This document shows, one piece after another, positions 30,754 through 39,249 of a DNA stretch of 64,000 nt (position 1 is the stretch's first letter; every line of letters begins with the position of its first letter). Made by a program: the position numbers and the translations under genes. The DNA is from a virus. Its lineage: Duplodnaviria; Caudoviricetes. The stretch lies in IMG/VR virus record IMGVR_UViG_3300008107_006173; one strand, written 5' to 3'. The notes beneath the pieces are model-generated. The model saw nothing but the letters and a program-made list of their open reading frames with translations, was not told where the DNA came from and ran no database searches.

Positions 30754-32382
30754 ATGCCATATACAGTCAGTAATGCAGATGGTAGCATAACAATTAGTGT
30801 AGCCGACTCAACGGTTGATACAAGTACTTATTCGCTCGCGCTAGTAGGTAGAAACGTATCCAACTACGGCGCATACTTTGTACAAAACTCCATCCGTCAT
30901 CTAGAAAACTTTGCCAGTGCTACTGCGCCAACCCCCGGAACCACACTTACAGGCCAGCTTTGGTATGATAAAGCTGAAAGCCTGCTAAGAGTTTACGACG
31001 GAACAAATTGGAAGCGAGCAACAAACATTGTTGTTGGTACACAGCCAACTACAAATCTTGTAGCAGGTACTGCTTGGTTCAATACCGTACTTGACAAACT
31101 TTATGTATATGATGGAACCTCGTTTAAAACAACAGGATACTCAGGTGAAGTATCAAGCGCATATAGCTCAACCACAAATATTGGCTCACCTACTAATTAC
31201 GGTACAAAACTACGAAACATTTTCCTCAAAGACAGTAGTGGTGTTGACCGGGCCGTTCTAGCATTAGTATATGTAAATGATTCTTCTGATGGTGCAGTAA
31301 ACCAAGGCACAACTACTACAGTTAACGGTAAAGAAACTATCATGGGCATCTTCAGTGACCATGCTGTATTTACAGTTGCTAATGCTGCAAATAATACCGA
31401 AGGCGAAAGTATCAACTGGTATACTGAATTAGTAGCTTCTGGTAGTATTGGTGCTACAATCCGTCCAGGTCTGAATCTTCGTACAGAATATAATACAACA
31501 GCATTAGCACTATCTGAAAGATCATATAGAGCAGATGCTGCTTATAGATTAAATACTGGTAGCGTTGGTGCCGACGGCTCAAACATTACAGCAAGCACCG
31601 TATGGCACGATGATAAACTAACATATTCCCCAACCAGCGACAATACTGCTACACTTGGTGGTAGTAGTGCTAAATTTGCTAGTGCATATGTTGGTACAAT
31701 CTATTTAGGTAACGGTACATCAGGCTCAATTTTAACAAACGGTACAGTTTCAATTGGTGCAAACACCGCAACGGCTGTTAACCATGTATATGCTAATAAC
31801 ATCACAGTTAATGATGTAATAAACTTTAACACAGCTGATCTTGCAACCAGCGGATCACCAGTACAAAATGCTTTCGCTGCTAACATAACTGTAAGCACAG
31901 CATTAAATACACCATCAATTACTAAAACAGGTACTGACGGTACTGGCGATATTGGCCAGAGCGGTAACAAGTTTGGTACAATTTATGCTACTACATTTAG
32001 CGGTACAGCAACAACAGCACGATATGCTGACTTGGCAGAAAAATATCTAGCAGATGCTGACTACGAAGTTGGTACTGTTATGGTAGTCGGTGGAGAGAAA
32101 GAAGTTACAGCTTCTTCAGGATTTGGACAACGTGCAATTGGTGTAGTATCAGCTAACCCAGCTTACATGATGAACAGTGAGCTTGAAGGCGGAACCTACG
32201 TAGCACTTAAAGGTCGTGTGCCAGTTAAAGTTACTGGCGTCATCAATAAAGGTGACAGACTCATAGCTTCAAACAATGGCTGTGCAACTGCTGGCGTTAT
32301 GCACGCAAATGATGTATTTGCTATTGCACTAGAATCAAAAGCAGATGCAGGCGACGGTGTAGTTGAAGCAGTAATACTATAA
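30754..32382 (+). CDS. Tail fibre protein with a C-terminal Peptidase_G2/intramolecular-chaperone-like domain
   Basis: N-terminal anchor (LVGRNVSNYG...LENFASATAP...GQLWYD). C-terminal ARYADLAEKY...GVVSANPAYMMN...VALKGRVPVKVTGVINKGDRL. RBS GAGGA. Confidence 0.75.
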   Translation: MPYTVSNADGSITISVADSTVDTSTYSLALVGRNVSNYGAYFVQNSIRHLENFASATAPTPGTTLTGQLWYDKAESLLRVYDGTNWKRATNIVVGTQPTTNLVAGTAWFNTVLDKLYVYDGTSFKTTGYSGEVSSAYSSTTNIGSPTNYGTKLRNIFLKDSSGVDRAVLALVYVNDSSDGAVNQGTTTTVNGKETIMGIFSDHAVFTVANAANNTEGESINWYTELVASGSIGATIRPGLNLRTEYNTTALALSERSYRADAAYRLNTGSVGADGSNITASTVWHDDKLTYSPTSDNTATLGGSSAKFASAYVGTIYLGNGTSGSILTNGTVSIGANTATAVNHVYANNITVNDVINFNTADLATSGSPVQNAFAANITVSTALNTPSITKTGTDGTGDIGQSGNKFGTIYATTFSGTATTARYADLAEKYLADADYEVGTVMVVGGEKEVTASSGFGQRAIGVVSANPAYMMNSELEGGTYVALKGRVPVKVTGVINKGDRLIASNNGCATAGVMHANDVFAIALESKADAGDGVVEAVIL

Positions 32383-32385
32383 ATA
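32378..32385 (+). promoter_or_regulatory. Consensus T4 late promoter TATAAATA
   Basis: Exact consensus overlapping the fibre stop codon, followed by RBS AGGAGA and the ATG at 32411. Confidence 0.7.
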
Positions 32386-32410
32386 AAATATAAGGTTTTA
32401 GGAGAAAACT

Positions 32411-33457
32411 ATGCCATCAGGCTCAACAGTTACAATAACAGGCGGTACTAATATGACGCAAGTCGTAGCAGCTACTGACACCGTTCAAGCGGTTGATTTC
32501 AACAACGCTAGAACCAATGTTAATAACCTGCTTGGAACAGCACAAGATGTTACGCTAGGCACTTATACTGCTTCTAGTACTTTTGGATACACTCAAGGCG
32601 GTACAGCACTTACTGCTGCTAGCGCCAGCGGCTTAGTATATGCTGATAATGCTACTGGTGGTTTTAAGCGACTACAGGACGAAGTGCAGTCCCTATGTGC
32701 ATTTTTAGGTCAAACGCTAAGAACAGGCGTTGGTACTGACGTAACAACAGCAACCTCAATCACTGCTGCAACTTGGAACAACTTGATGTTAAACATCAAA
32801 GATTGTTGGGACAACAGATTTAGTCCTGCTTCTAGAACTTTATCAACACCAAGCTCAGTTACTAGGTCTACTGCATGGACTAGTTCACTATCAGAAGAAA
32901 CAACATTTACTTGGGCAAGTGAAGGTGCATGCCGTGGCTATTTTAATGCAGGCGGACGTATTGGGTTTAGTTCAAGCAGAACTGGCGGTTCTGCTACTAC
33001 ACAAAATACAAACTGGGCATCACTGTTAAGTTCTATGGCTGATGTATTTTTAACTCATGATGACACAATTTGCACAGGTTCAACTGGTACTATTGCAGGA
33101 CTTGGATTTTATGAGTTAACTGCATCCTATCAGCAATTGTATATTAAATATGGTTCAGGTGCTTACGCATCAAACTTCTTTAAAGTTGAAGGAAAAGTTG
33201 ACAGTATAACTAACCCAACTGTGGTTACACTAAGAGCTACATATAGTGATCCTTATACTGCTGCTGCCGCAGCAGCGGCCGACGGTGCTATTGGTCCGGA
33301 TGGCGTTCCAAGTTCAGGTGATGAAGCAAGTGGTTACACTGACAGCATTGACGGTACATTAACTCTAAATTCTAGAAGAGCACTACCGGACGCTAGCGGT
33401 TCAACTATTACTGTTGCTGCTCCAACTGTTTCAATGGGCGCAATTAGCGGTTCATAA
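32411..33457 (+). CDS. Virion structural protein (T/S/G/A-rich, fibre-associated)
   Basis: Late promoter and strong RBS. Motifs FTWASEGACRGYFNAGGRI and W..LL..M are typical of proteins encoded next to fibres in large phages. Confidence 0.65.
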   Translation: MPSGSTVTITGGTNMTQVVAATDTVQAVDFNNARTNVNNLLGTAQDVTLGTYTASSTFGYTQGGTALTAASASGLVYADNATGGFKRLQDEVQSLCAFLGQTLRTGVGTDVTTATSITAATWNNLMLNIKDCWDNRFSPASRTLSTPSSVTRSTAWTSSLSEETTFTWASEGACRGYFNAGGRIGFSSSRTGGSATTQNTNWASLLSSMADVFLTHDDTICTGSTGTIAGLGFYELTASYQQLYIKYGSGAYASNFFKVEGKVDSITNPTVVTLRATYSDPYTAAAAAAADGAIGPDGVPSSGDEASGYTDSIDGTLTLNSRRALPDASGSTITVAAPTVSMGAISGS

Positions 33458-33475
33458 TAGAATTTAAATAAAAAG

Positions 33476-33506
33476 AAAAAGCCAGTTTTTTAACTGGCTT
33501 TTTTTT
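33476..33506 (+). terminator. Intrinsic terminator 1 (bidirectional)
   Basis: AAAAAGCCAGTT-TTTT-AACTGGCTTTTT plus a T run. Confidence 0.9.
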
Positions 33507-33557
33507 GCTTGCGTAAATATAACGAAGATTTGTAAAAATAATAGGAGTGAATACTTT

Positions 33558-33749
33558 ATGAAGTCATTTGCAATCGTTTCAGCTTTAGCTCTTTCACTAG
33601 CTCTTACTGCTTGCGGTAAGAAGGAAGAAGCTGCCCCAGTAGAGGCTGCACCAGCTGTTGAGGCTCCGGCCGAAGCTGCTGTTACCGAAGCTGCACCAGC
33701 TGATGCTACTGTTGCAGCAGAAGCTGCACCAGTTGAAGCTGCTGAGTAA
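33558..33749 (+). CDS. Small lipoprotein with an Ala/Glu/Pro-rich acidic tail
   Basis: MKSFAIVSALALSLALTAC-GKKEE: signal peptide II with lipobox LTAC. RBS AGGAG; CGTAAATA at 33512-33519. Confidence 0.85.
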   Translation: MKSFAIVSALALSLALTACGKKEEAAPVEAAPAVEAPAEAAVTEAAPADATVAAEAAPVEAAE

Positions 33750-33793
33750 TTTTACCTGGGTCAAGCCCAAGTAATTACATAAAAGAGTAGATT

Positions 33794-33827
33794 AAAAAGC
33801 CAGTTACTTCGGTAGCTGGCTTTTTTT
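33794..33827 (+). terminator. Intrinsic terminator 2, near-duplicate of terminator 1
   Basis: AAAAAGCCAGTTAC-TTCG-GTAGCTGGCTTTTT plus a T run; TGTAAATA follows at 33831-33838. Confidence 0.9.
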
Positions 33828-33843
33828 ATTTGTAAATATTGAT

Positions 33844-34203
33844 ATGAGTACACGATTAGAAAAAGCACTAGAGTTTTCAAACTACAGAACATCTCTAAAT
33901 AATCAACAAGCACAATTACGAGCTAAGACGCAAAGTCTTTTGAGTTATAGTGTTAACGGCGGAACTTTTACTATTGATACTACATTGATCAATTTTTGTA
34001 AACTATTAGTTGATGCAAATAAGGACACAGCAATATTGCTGGACATCTATGATAATCCTGTTCAAGTAGAAGTTAAACCGTTTTATGAAGAAATACTTAG
34101 TCGTTATTTTGAAGTTACTAACGATTACTATGCTGAGTACGAGAAACTACGCAAAGCCCGCAAAGTACACAAGGTATTAGATCTCAATGAAAAAGGAGAA
34201 TAG
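33844..34203 (+). CDS. Hypothetical protein, 119 aa
   Basis: Follows a late-type promoter and overlaps the next gene; helical, charged composition. Confidence 0.75.
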   Translation: MSTRLEKALEFSNYRTSLNNQQAQLRAKTQSLLSYSVNGGTFTIDTTLINFCKLLVDANKDTAILLDIYDNPVQVEVKPFYEEILSRYFEVTNDYYAEYEKLRKARKVHKVLDLNEKGE

Positions 34204-35092
34204 TCGAGGCTTTATAATGTTCGCTCACAATAACGCAGAGATTGATTATTTTAAACTTGCGGTTATTAACAGCTTACTCATACAAAAGCATCTAGGTATA
34301 AGCAACATCACTGTAGTTACAGATCCACACAGCTATAGTTACGCTGTCGAATCGCTTGGCGAAGATTTAATTAAATCTGCGATTAACAATTTAATTGTAG
34401 TTGAAAAAGACAAAGAATTCAAATCTCAAAATATTAGAGTGTTTAAAGATACTAGTCACACCGCAAAACAATTACCATTCTATAATATAAATCGCTGTGA
34501 TGCTTATGACCTAAGTCCCTACGACGAAACGATTTTACTTGATGTTGATTATCTGATACTTAGCGATACGCTTAACCAGTGTTGGGGACACAATGAAGAA
34601 ATAATGATGAACTGGCGGTATCAAGATATAATGTTTGACCGCAAAGATTATACTCTAGATAGATTAAATCCTTTTGGTATTACTATGTATTGGGCAACTG
34701 TTGTTTATTTTAAAAAGTCTGCTTATGCTGAAACATTTTTTAATTTAGTTAAGCATGTAAAAAACAATATTGCTTACTATAAAGATTTGTACAGGTGGTC
34801 TGGTAACTTATATAGAAATGACTATAGTTTCAGTATCGCAGCTCATGTTATGAGCGGATTTGTTGATAAGGGTATTCCACAGTTACCAACAACGCTATAT
34901 AAAACATTTGACACAGATGATATACATAAAGCTATAGATGAAAAAACACTAATCATGTATTTAGAAAAGCCTCGCAGCCCTGGAGACTTTATACTAACTA
35001 AATGGAGTGGCGTAGATTTGCATGTTATGAATAAATGGGCAATAAACAGAATAAGCGAGGAAATGTTAGATCATGTTAGAAACAATTTGTGA
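34187..35092 (+). CDS. GT-A-fold glycosyltransferase-like protein
   Basis: YDLSPYDETILLDVDYLI (DxD), YWATVVYFKK and RNDYSFSIA. Paralogous to 35875..36738. Confidence 0.65.
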   Translation: MKKENSRGFIMFAHNNAEIDYFKLAVINSLLIQKHLGISNITVVTDPHSYSYAVESLGEDLIKSAINNLIVVEKDKEFKSQNIRVFKDTSHTAKQLPFYNINRCDAYDLSPYDETILLDVDYLILSDTLNQCWGHNEEIMMNWRYQDIMFDRKDYTLDRLNPFGITMYWATVVYFKKSAYAETFFNLVKHVKNNIAYYKDLYRWSGNLYRNDYSFSIAAHVMSGFVDKGIPQLPTTLYKTFDTDDIHKAIDEKTLIMYLEKPRSPGDFILTKWSGVDLHVMNKWAINRISEEMLDHVRNNL

Positions 35093-35705
35093 TACACTAG
35101 TAGAAGCATATAAGCGCAACTGGATTACCAGTCGCGACGGCAATGTAAGTATTCGTCACCATGACCGTAATCATTTCTATATTACGCCTAGCGGTGTGCG
35201 TAAACAAACTCTACAGCCCGATCAATTTAAGAAGATTGGGTTAATGGATACTGGTACGGAAACAATCTGCAAAATTCTACCTTATACTTCTATCTCTAGC
35301 GAGTTGCAACCAAGCGGTGAAATTCCACTGCACTTTGGGTTACAAAAAGCATTAGGACAACACAAAGACGATGTACGAGTAGTTATGCACTTGCACCCTA
35401 CATATTGTGTAGCAGCTATGCACGCCGGCATTGAACTAGCTGATTTAGTAAAATATTTTCCTGAACTAGGACGCTATACGCGAGTAGCACCTAATGTGCC
35501 AGACGTTCCGCCCATCAGTGAAGAACTAGCCACAAAGTGTCATGAGAACTTACAACTTGATAAAGATGGCAACATTGCCTACGACATTGTGGGCATTAAA
35601 GGACATGGTGTGGTAAGTATCGATACAAGTCCGTGGCGTGCCATGGAACACATTGAACGCCTAGAACATATTTGTAAGATTGTGTTAGCTAGCGGTGTAA
35701 AGTGA
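35073..35705 (+). CDS. Class II aldolase/adducin family protein (FucA/MtnB/DrdA-like)
   Basis: SRDGNVS, ITPSG, PSGEIPLH, HLHPTY and GHG: phosphate pocket and Zn-binding His triad. Confidence 0.9.
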   Translation: MLETICDTLVEAYKRNWITSRDGNVSIRHHDRNHFYITPSGVRKQTLQPDQFKKIGLMDTGTETICKILPYTSISSELQPSGEIPLHFGLQKALGQHKDDVRVVMHLHPTYCVAAMHAGIELADLVKYFPELGRYTRVAPNVPDVPPISEELATKCHENLQLDKDGNIAYDIVGIKGHGVVSIDTSPWRAMEHIERLEHICKIVLASGVK

Positions 35706-35878
35706 AATACAAAACCAAGTGGAACAGTTTAAGCGATTTTAAAAGTTTCTTAGAAAAAGAAAGCAAAGAAGAAATTGTCAGTTTCAATGGATACGAATTA
35801 ATAACTAAGAAAGCTAGATATAGTTTAGCATTCGGACAATTAACAGTAGAAGAAAAAAGTAAAAAGAAGAAAAAATGA
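35702..35878 (+). CDS. Small basic hypothetical protein, 58 aa
   Basis: Not in the track. GTG 35702 to TGA 35878 (MKYKTKWNSLSDFKSFLEK...KSKKKKK), with GTGA and ATGA overlaps to both neighbours. Confidence 0.7.
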   Translation: MKYKTKWNSLSDFKSFLEKESKEEIVSFNGYELITKKARYSLAFGQLTVEEKSKKKKK

Positions 35879-36738
35879 GTCGAGGTTATATTGTTATAGC
35901 ACAAAACACAAAGTCTGTTGATTATCTTCAACAGGCATATGCTCTTGCGCTTAACTTAAAACTTACTCAAAGCACAGTTAATAATCTAACTGTATGTGTC
36001 GATCCGGCAACAAAAAAACTAATTACAAGTAAACATAAAAAAGTGTTTGACCATATTGTTGATATTCCGTGGAACGACGAAGCTGAGCAGTCGGACTGGA
36101 AGATTAATAACAAATGGAAATACCTGTATATGACTCCGTATGATGAAACAGTCATACTCGATACTGATATGATATTCCCTACAGATGTCAGTCATTGGTG
36201 GGATATTTTAAGTCAGCGTGATATATGGGCTACTACTAAGGTACGCACCTACAAAGGTGAAATAGTAAGTAGTGACTACTATAGAAAGTATTTTACACTT
36301 AATAATTTACCAAATGTATATACAGCATTCTTTTACTTTAAAAAGTGCGAGTTAGCTAGTGAATTATTTGCTATGAACGAAATCATATTTCAAAATTGGC
36401 AGAGATTCTTTTTTAAATATATGCCTAAGGGTAAGCCAGAATTTTTAAGTGGTGACGTGGCATTTGCACTGGCTATGAAATTACTGGATATTGAGCACGA
36501 ATGTACTCGAGAGAATATTGACACAGTACCGACCTTTGTTCATATGAAAAGTCATATTCAAAATGTTCCCACAAGTTTAATCGATGAAAACTGGAGCAAC
36601 ACTCTACCCACTTATTATAGAAGTTATAAAGATTTTCATATTGGAAATTTTGCACAGCACCTACCCTTTCACTATGTTGAGAAGGATTGGCTTACATCTA
36701 ACATGATAAAACAAATGGAAAAAGATTATGGTATCTGA
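35875..36738 (+). CDS. GT-A-fold glycosyltransferase-like protein (paralog)
   Basis: MTPYDETVILDTDMIF (DxD), VYTAFFYFKK, SGDVAFALA and FVHMK. Confidence 0.65.
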   Translation: MSRGYIVIAQNTKSVDYLQQAYALALNLKLTQSTVNNLTVCVDPATKKLITSKHKKVFDHIVDIPWNDEAEQSDWKINNKWKYLYMTPYDETVILDTDMIFPTDVSHWWDILSQRDIWATTKVRTYKGEIVSSDYYRKYFTLNNLPNVYTAFFYFKKCELASELFAMNEIIFQNWQRFFFKYMPKGKPEFLSGDVAFALAMKLLDIEHECTRENIDTVPTFVHMKSHIQNVPTSLIDENWSNTLPTYYRSYKDFHIGNFAQHLPFHYVEKDWLTSNMIKQMEKDYGI

Positions 36739-37378
36739 AGCAGAAGAACGACGCCTTAAGTTTTTAGAAGCTAAAAAGGCTGCTGGCGGATCTGCCAGAG
36801 ACTTAATGAAGCAAGTCGAAGCAAGACCTTACATGGTATATTTTGACGATGCAGGTAATATTTTATGTGTTACTAAAGAAGATGTAATACCAGAACCGTC
36901 CTGGACTAACAGTCATGAATTCACATGGGAACAGGTTAGAATTCTAGAAGGCAAAAATATAAATCTATTTTATGTTAAAAAGGATCAGTTTGTAGATAAT
37001 CTTTACAGTATTGAGTCTAGACCCACTGAAAAGATACATGTGAGTGCAGACAACGACTTTTTGTATTTGATTACAGAAAACGTCTCGACGCCTGATATTA
37101 CATGTTCATTATCGCCAACAGAATTCACAGTTACACTAAGTGATAATATGCTGGATAAGTATTCTAAAATTGATAAAAGTCAAATAGCAATCAATGGTAA
37201 AAAAATATTAAAGTTTTTTCTTACAGCCAAAAACGATCCGCATTTCATGCTTACTACAATTTCAGTTGCCCTGCCAAATTTGGTAGAAAAGAAGACTATT
37301 AGTTTTAGCTTGCCCGACAACTACAGCCAATGTAGTATCTATACCTCAAAAGTGTTTGATAAATATGTGCGTACTTAA
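36728..37378 (+). CDS. Hypothetical protein, 216 aa
   Basis: Overlaps the upstream GT stop; coding-like composition; no motif recognised. Confidence 0.7.
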   Translation: MVSEAEERRLKFLEAKKAAGGSARDLMKQVEARPYMVYFDDAGNILCVTKEDVIPEPSWTNSHEFTWEQVRILEGKNINLFYVKKDQFVDNLYSIESRPTEKIHVSADNDFLYLITENVSTPDITCSLSPTEFTVTLSDNMLDKYSKIDKSQIAINGKKILKFFLTAKNDPHFMLTTISVALPNLVEKKTISFSLPDNYSQCSIYTSKVFDKYVRT

Positions 37379-37393
37379 TCACAGGACACACAT

Positions 37394-38392
37394 ATGGCTA
37401 AAATTGATGTTACCGAACTAGACATCTTCTATATCTCTTATGATGAGCCCAATGCAGAAGAAAACTGGGCCGACCTGCTAAACAAGGTGCCATGGGCAAA
37501 GCGTGTACACGGTGTCAAGGGATTTGATGCTGCCCATAAAGAGTGCGCCCGCCAAAGTGAAACTGAACGCTTTATTACAGTAGACGGTGATAACATCGTT
37601 ATGGACGAATTTTTTGAACAGGTTCTAGATGTACCTGATACGGACCATGACGGTAATGATATCAGTGAAAGCATCTTTAGCTGGAACGCTAAGAACTTGC
37701 TTAACGGCCTAGTATACGGCAACGGTGGACTAAAGTGCTGGCCCAAAGAATACGCACTACGAATGAATACACACGAGTCAGCTGATGACGGAGAGGGTAT
37801 GGAATTTTGCTGGAAGTTAAACTATATTCAGCTTAATGATACATTCAGCGAAGTACATCAAACAGCAAGCCCATTTCAAGCATTCCGCGCTGGCTTTAGA
37901 GAAGGTGTAAAGATGAGCTTGGATCAAGGTAAGCGTGTTCGTGCTGATGAGTTTATTCAAAAGATTTGGTGGCAGAATTACAATCGTTTACAAACATGGT
38001 GCAATATTGGCAGCGATGTAGAGAACGGACTTTGGGCGATCTACGGAGCCCGATTAGGATGCTATAAAACTGTTTTAACCGACTGGGATACTAATCAAAT
38101 TTCAGATTATGAATGGTTCAAAGACTTTTTTAACAAAGAAGTAGCACCGCAGTTTGTGGGCGATACAGTTTGCCGCTATACAAAGGTTGCATGGAACAAA
38201 GAAATGTTGTATAATACTGTATGCGATCTAGGTAAAGAGCTTAATGAAAGCATTAACGAAATGATGCTGTTTGATCCAGACACACAGATGTGTAAGTTCT
38301 TTAAAAAGACTTTTGTAAACCCACGTCGCTGGGGTGTAATGATTCGTGAAAAGCAGATTCAAGACTTGTTGGAAAAGGGCCTGCTTCAATGA
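37394..38392 (+). CDS. Glycosyltransferase-like protein (GT-A-type, DGD motif)
   Basis: DIFYISYDEPNAEENW...VKGFDAAHK...FITVDGDN...YGNGGLKCWP...AFRAGFREGVKM. Same family as the last module of 58685..61987. GATAAATA at 37358-37365; RBS AGGA. Confidence 0.6.
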   Translation: MAKIDVTELDIFYISYDEPNAEENWADLLNKVPWAKRVHGVKGFDAAHKECARQSETERFITVDGDNIVMDEFFEQVLDVPDTDHDGNDISESIFSWNAKNLLNGLVYGNGGLKCWPKEYALRMNTHESADDGEGMEFCWKLNYIQLNDTFSEVHQTASPFQAFRAGFREGVKMSLDQGKRVRADEFIQKIWWQNYNRLQTWCNIGSDVENGLWAIYGARLGCYKTVLTDWDTNQISDYEWFKDFFNKEVAPQFVGDTVCRYTKVAWNKEMLYNTVCDLGKELNESINEMMLFDPDTQMCKFFKKTFVNPRRWGVMIREKQIQDLLEKGLLQ

Positions 38393-39249
38393 GCAAAAAG
38401 AGGCTAGTTGTCTACGGCTGTAGTTTTAGTAGTGGCAGCGCAAATGCAGCTATCGGTGGTACTGAACATGACTCTGATTCAAAAACGAACTACGCAAACC
38501 TAGCAGGACAGAAACTTGGCTATGATAAAATTATTCTAAATGGCATTGGCGGTTTTTCTAACCAGCAGATCACAAGTAGAATTATTCATGATATACAAAA
38601 TGAAGTAATAGAACCAACCGATGATATATTAATACAGCAGACTTCACAGTGGCGTAAAAATATAGGTGATACTAGGTTTGATGGTGTCACAATGCACACA
38701 CCTGATGTTATTGATTATAATCATGTAAGATATTCCAATGATGATTTTTTAAGAGAGCTCGTTAATCATCAAACAGCTTTACATTGGTATACTAATGGTG
38801 CACAATATCTACCTTGGGGAGGTATAAGAGAGATTTCTTCCAATTTAGAAACTGTGTCAATAGTTAAAAAAACAATCGCAGAATGGGATCTTTTGTTAAC
38901 TAATCTATGTTTCTTAACTACTGCATTATCTGCTTTAGACATAAAGTTTCCTGGTAACAAAATATTTGTTATGCCGTTTGTGCCACTAACTAATGGTTCA
39001 TACGAAAAAGCTGTTGATGGTATAAACGGCCAACAGTTATTAAGTTTATTATATAGCGGTTGGGCGAGCAGTATTGATACACATAGATTTCACATTTTAA
39101 CTGTTAATCCCTTTAACTACTATCAAAATAATCCTAACTATTGGGATGAGAATAATAAGAATCATAGAAAAGTAGATCACAGCACAGAAGAATTCCATAG
39201 TAACTTTGCTGATTTATTGTACAAACAGATGAAACCATTTTATGACTAG
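38389..39249 (+). CDS. SGNH/GDSL-like protein 1
   Basis: VVYGCSFSSG (block I), GIGGFSNQQI (block II), C-terminal DH. Confidence 0.55.
   Translation: MSKKRLVVYGCSFSSGSANAAIGGTEHDSDSKTNYANLAGQKLGYDKIILNGIGGFSNQQITSRIIHDIQNEVIEPTDDILIQQTSQWRKNIGDTRFDGVTMHTPDVIDYNHVRYSNDDFLRELVNHQTALHWYTNGAQYLPWGGIREISSNLETVSIVKKTIAEWDLLLTNLCFLTTALSALDIKFPGNKIFVMPFVPLTNGSYEKAVDGINGQQLLSLLYSGWASSIDTHRFHILTVNPFNYYQNNPNYWDENNKNHRKVDHSTEEFHSNFADLLYKQMKPFYD

Noticed and set aside
1-33457. Bacterial eCIS/T6SS or tailocin locus in place of a phage
   Set aside because: T4-type late promoters, phage-type fibre and chaperone genes, dense co-oriented phage-style accessory genes, and no host housekeeping genes or T6SS membrane complex.
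30754-33457. Diversity-generating retroelement acting on the fibre
   Set aside because: No reverse transcriptase and no TR/VR near-identical repeat pair in the window.
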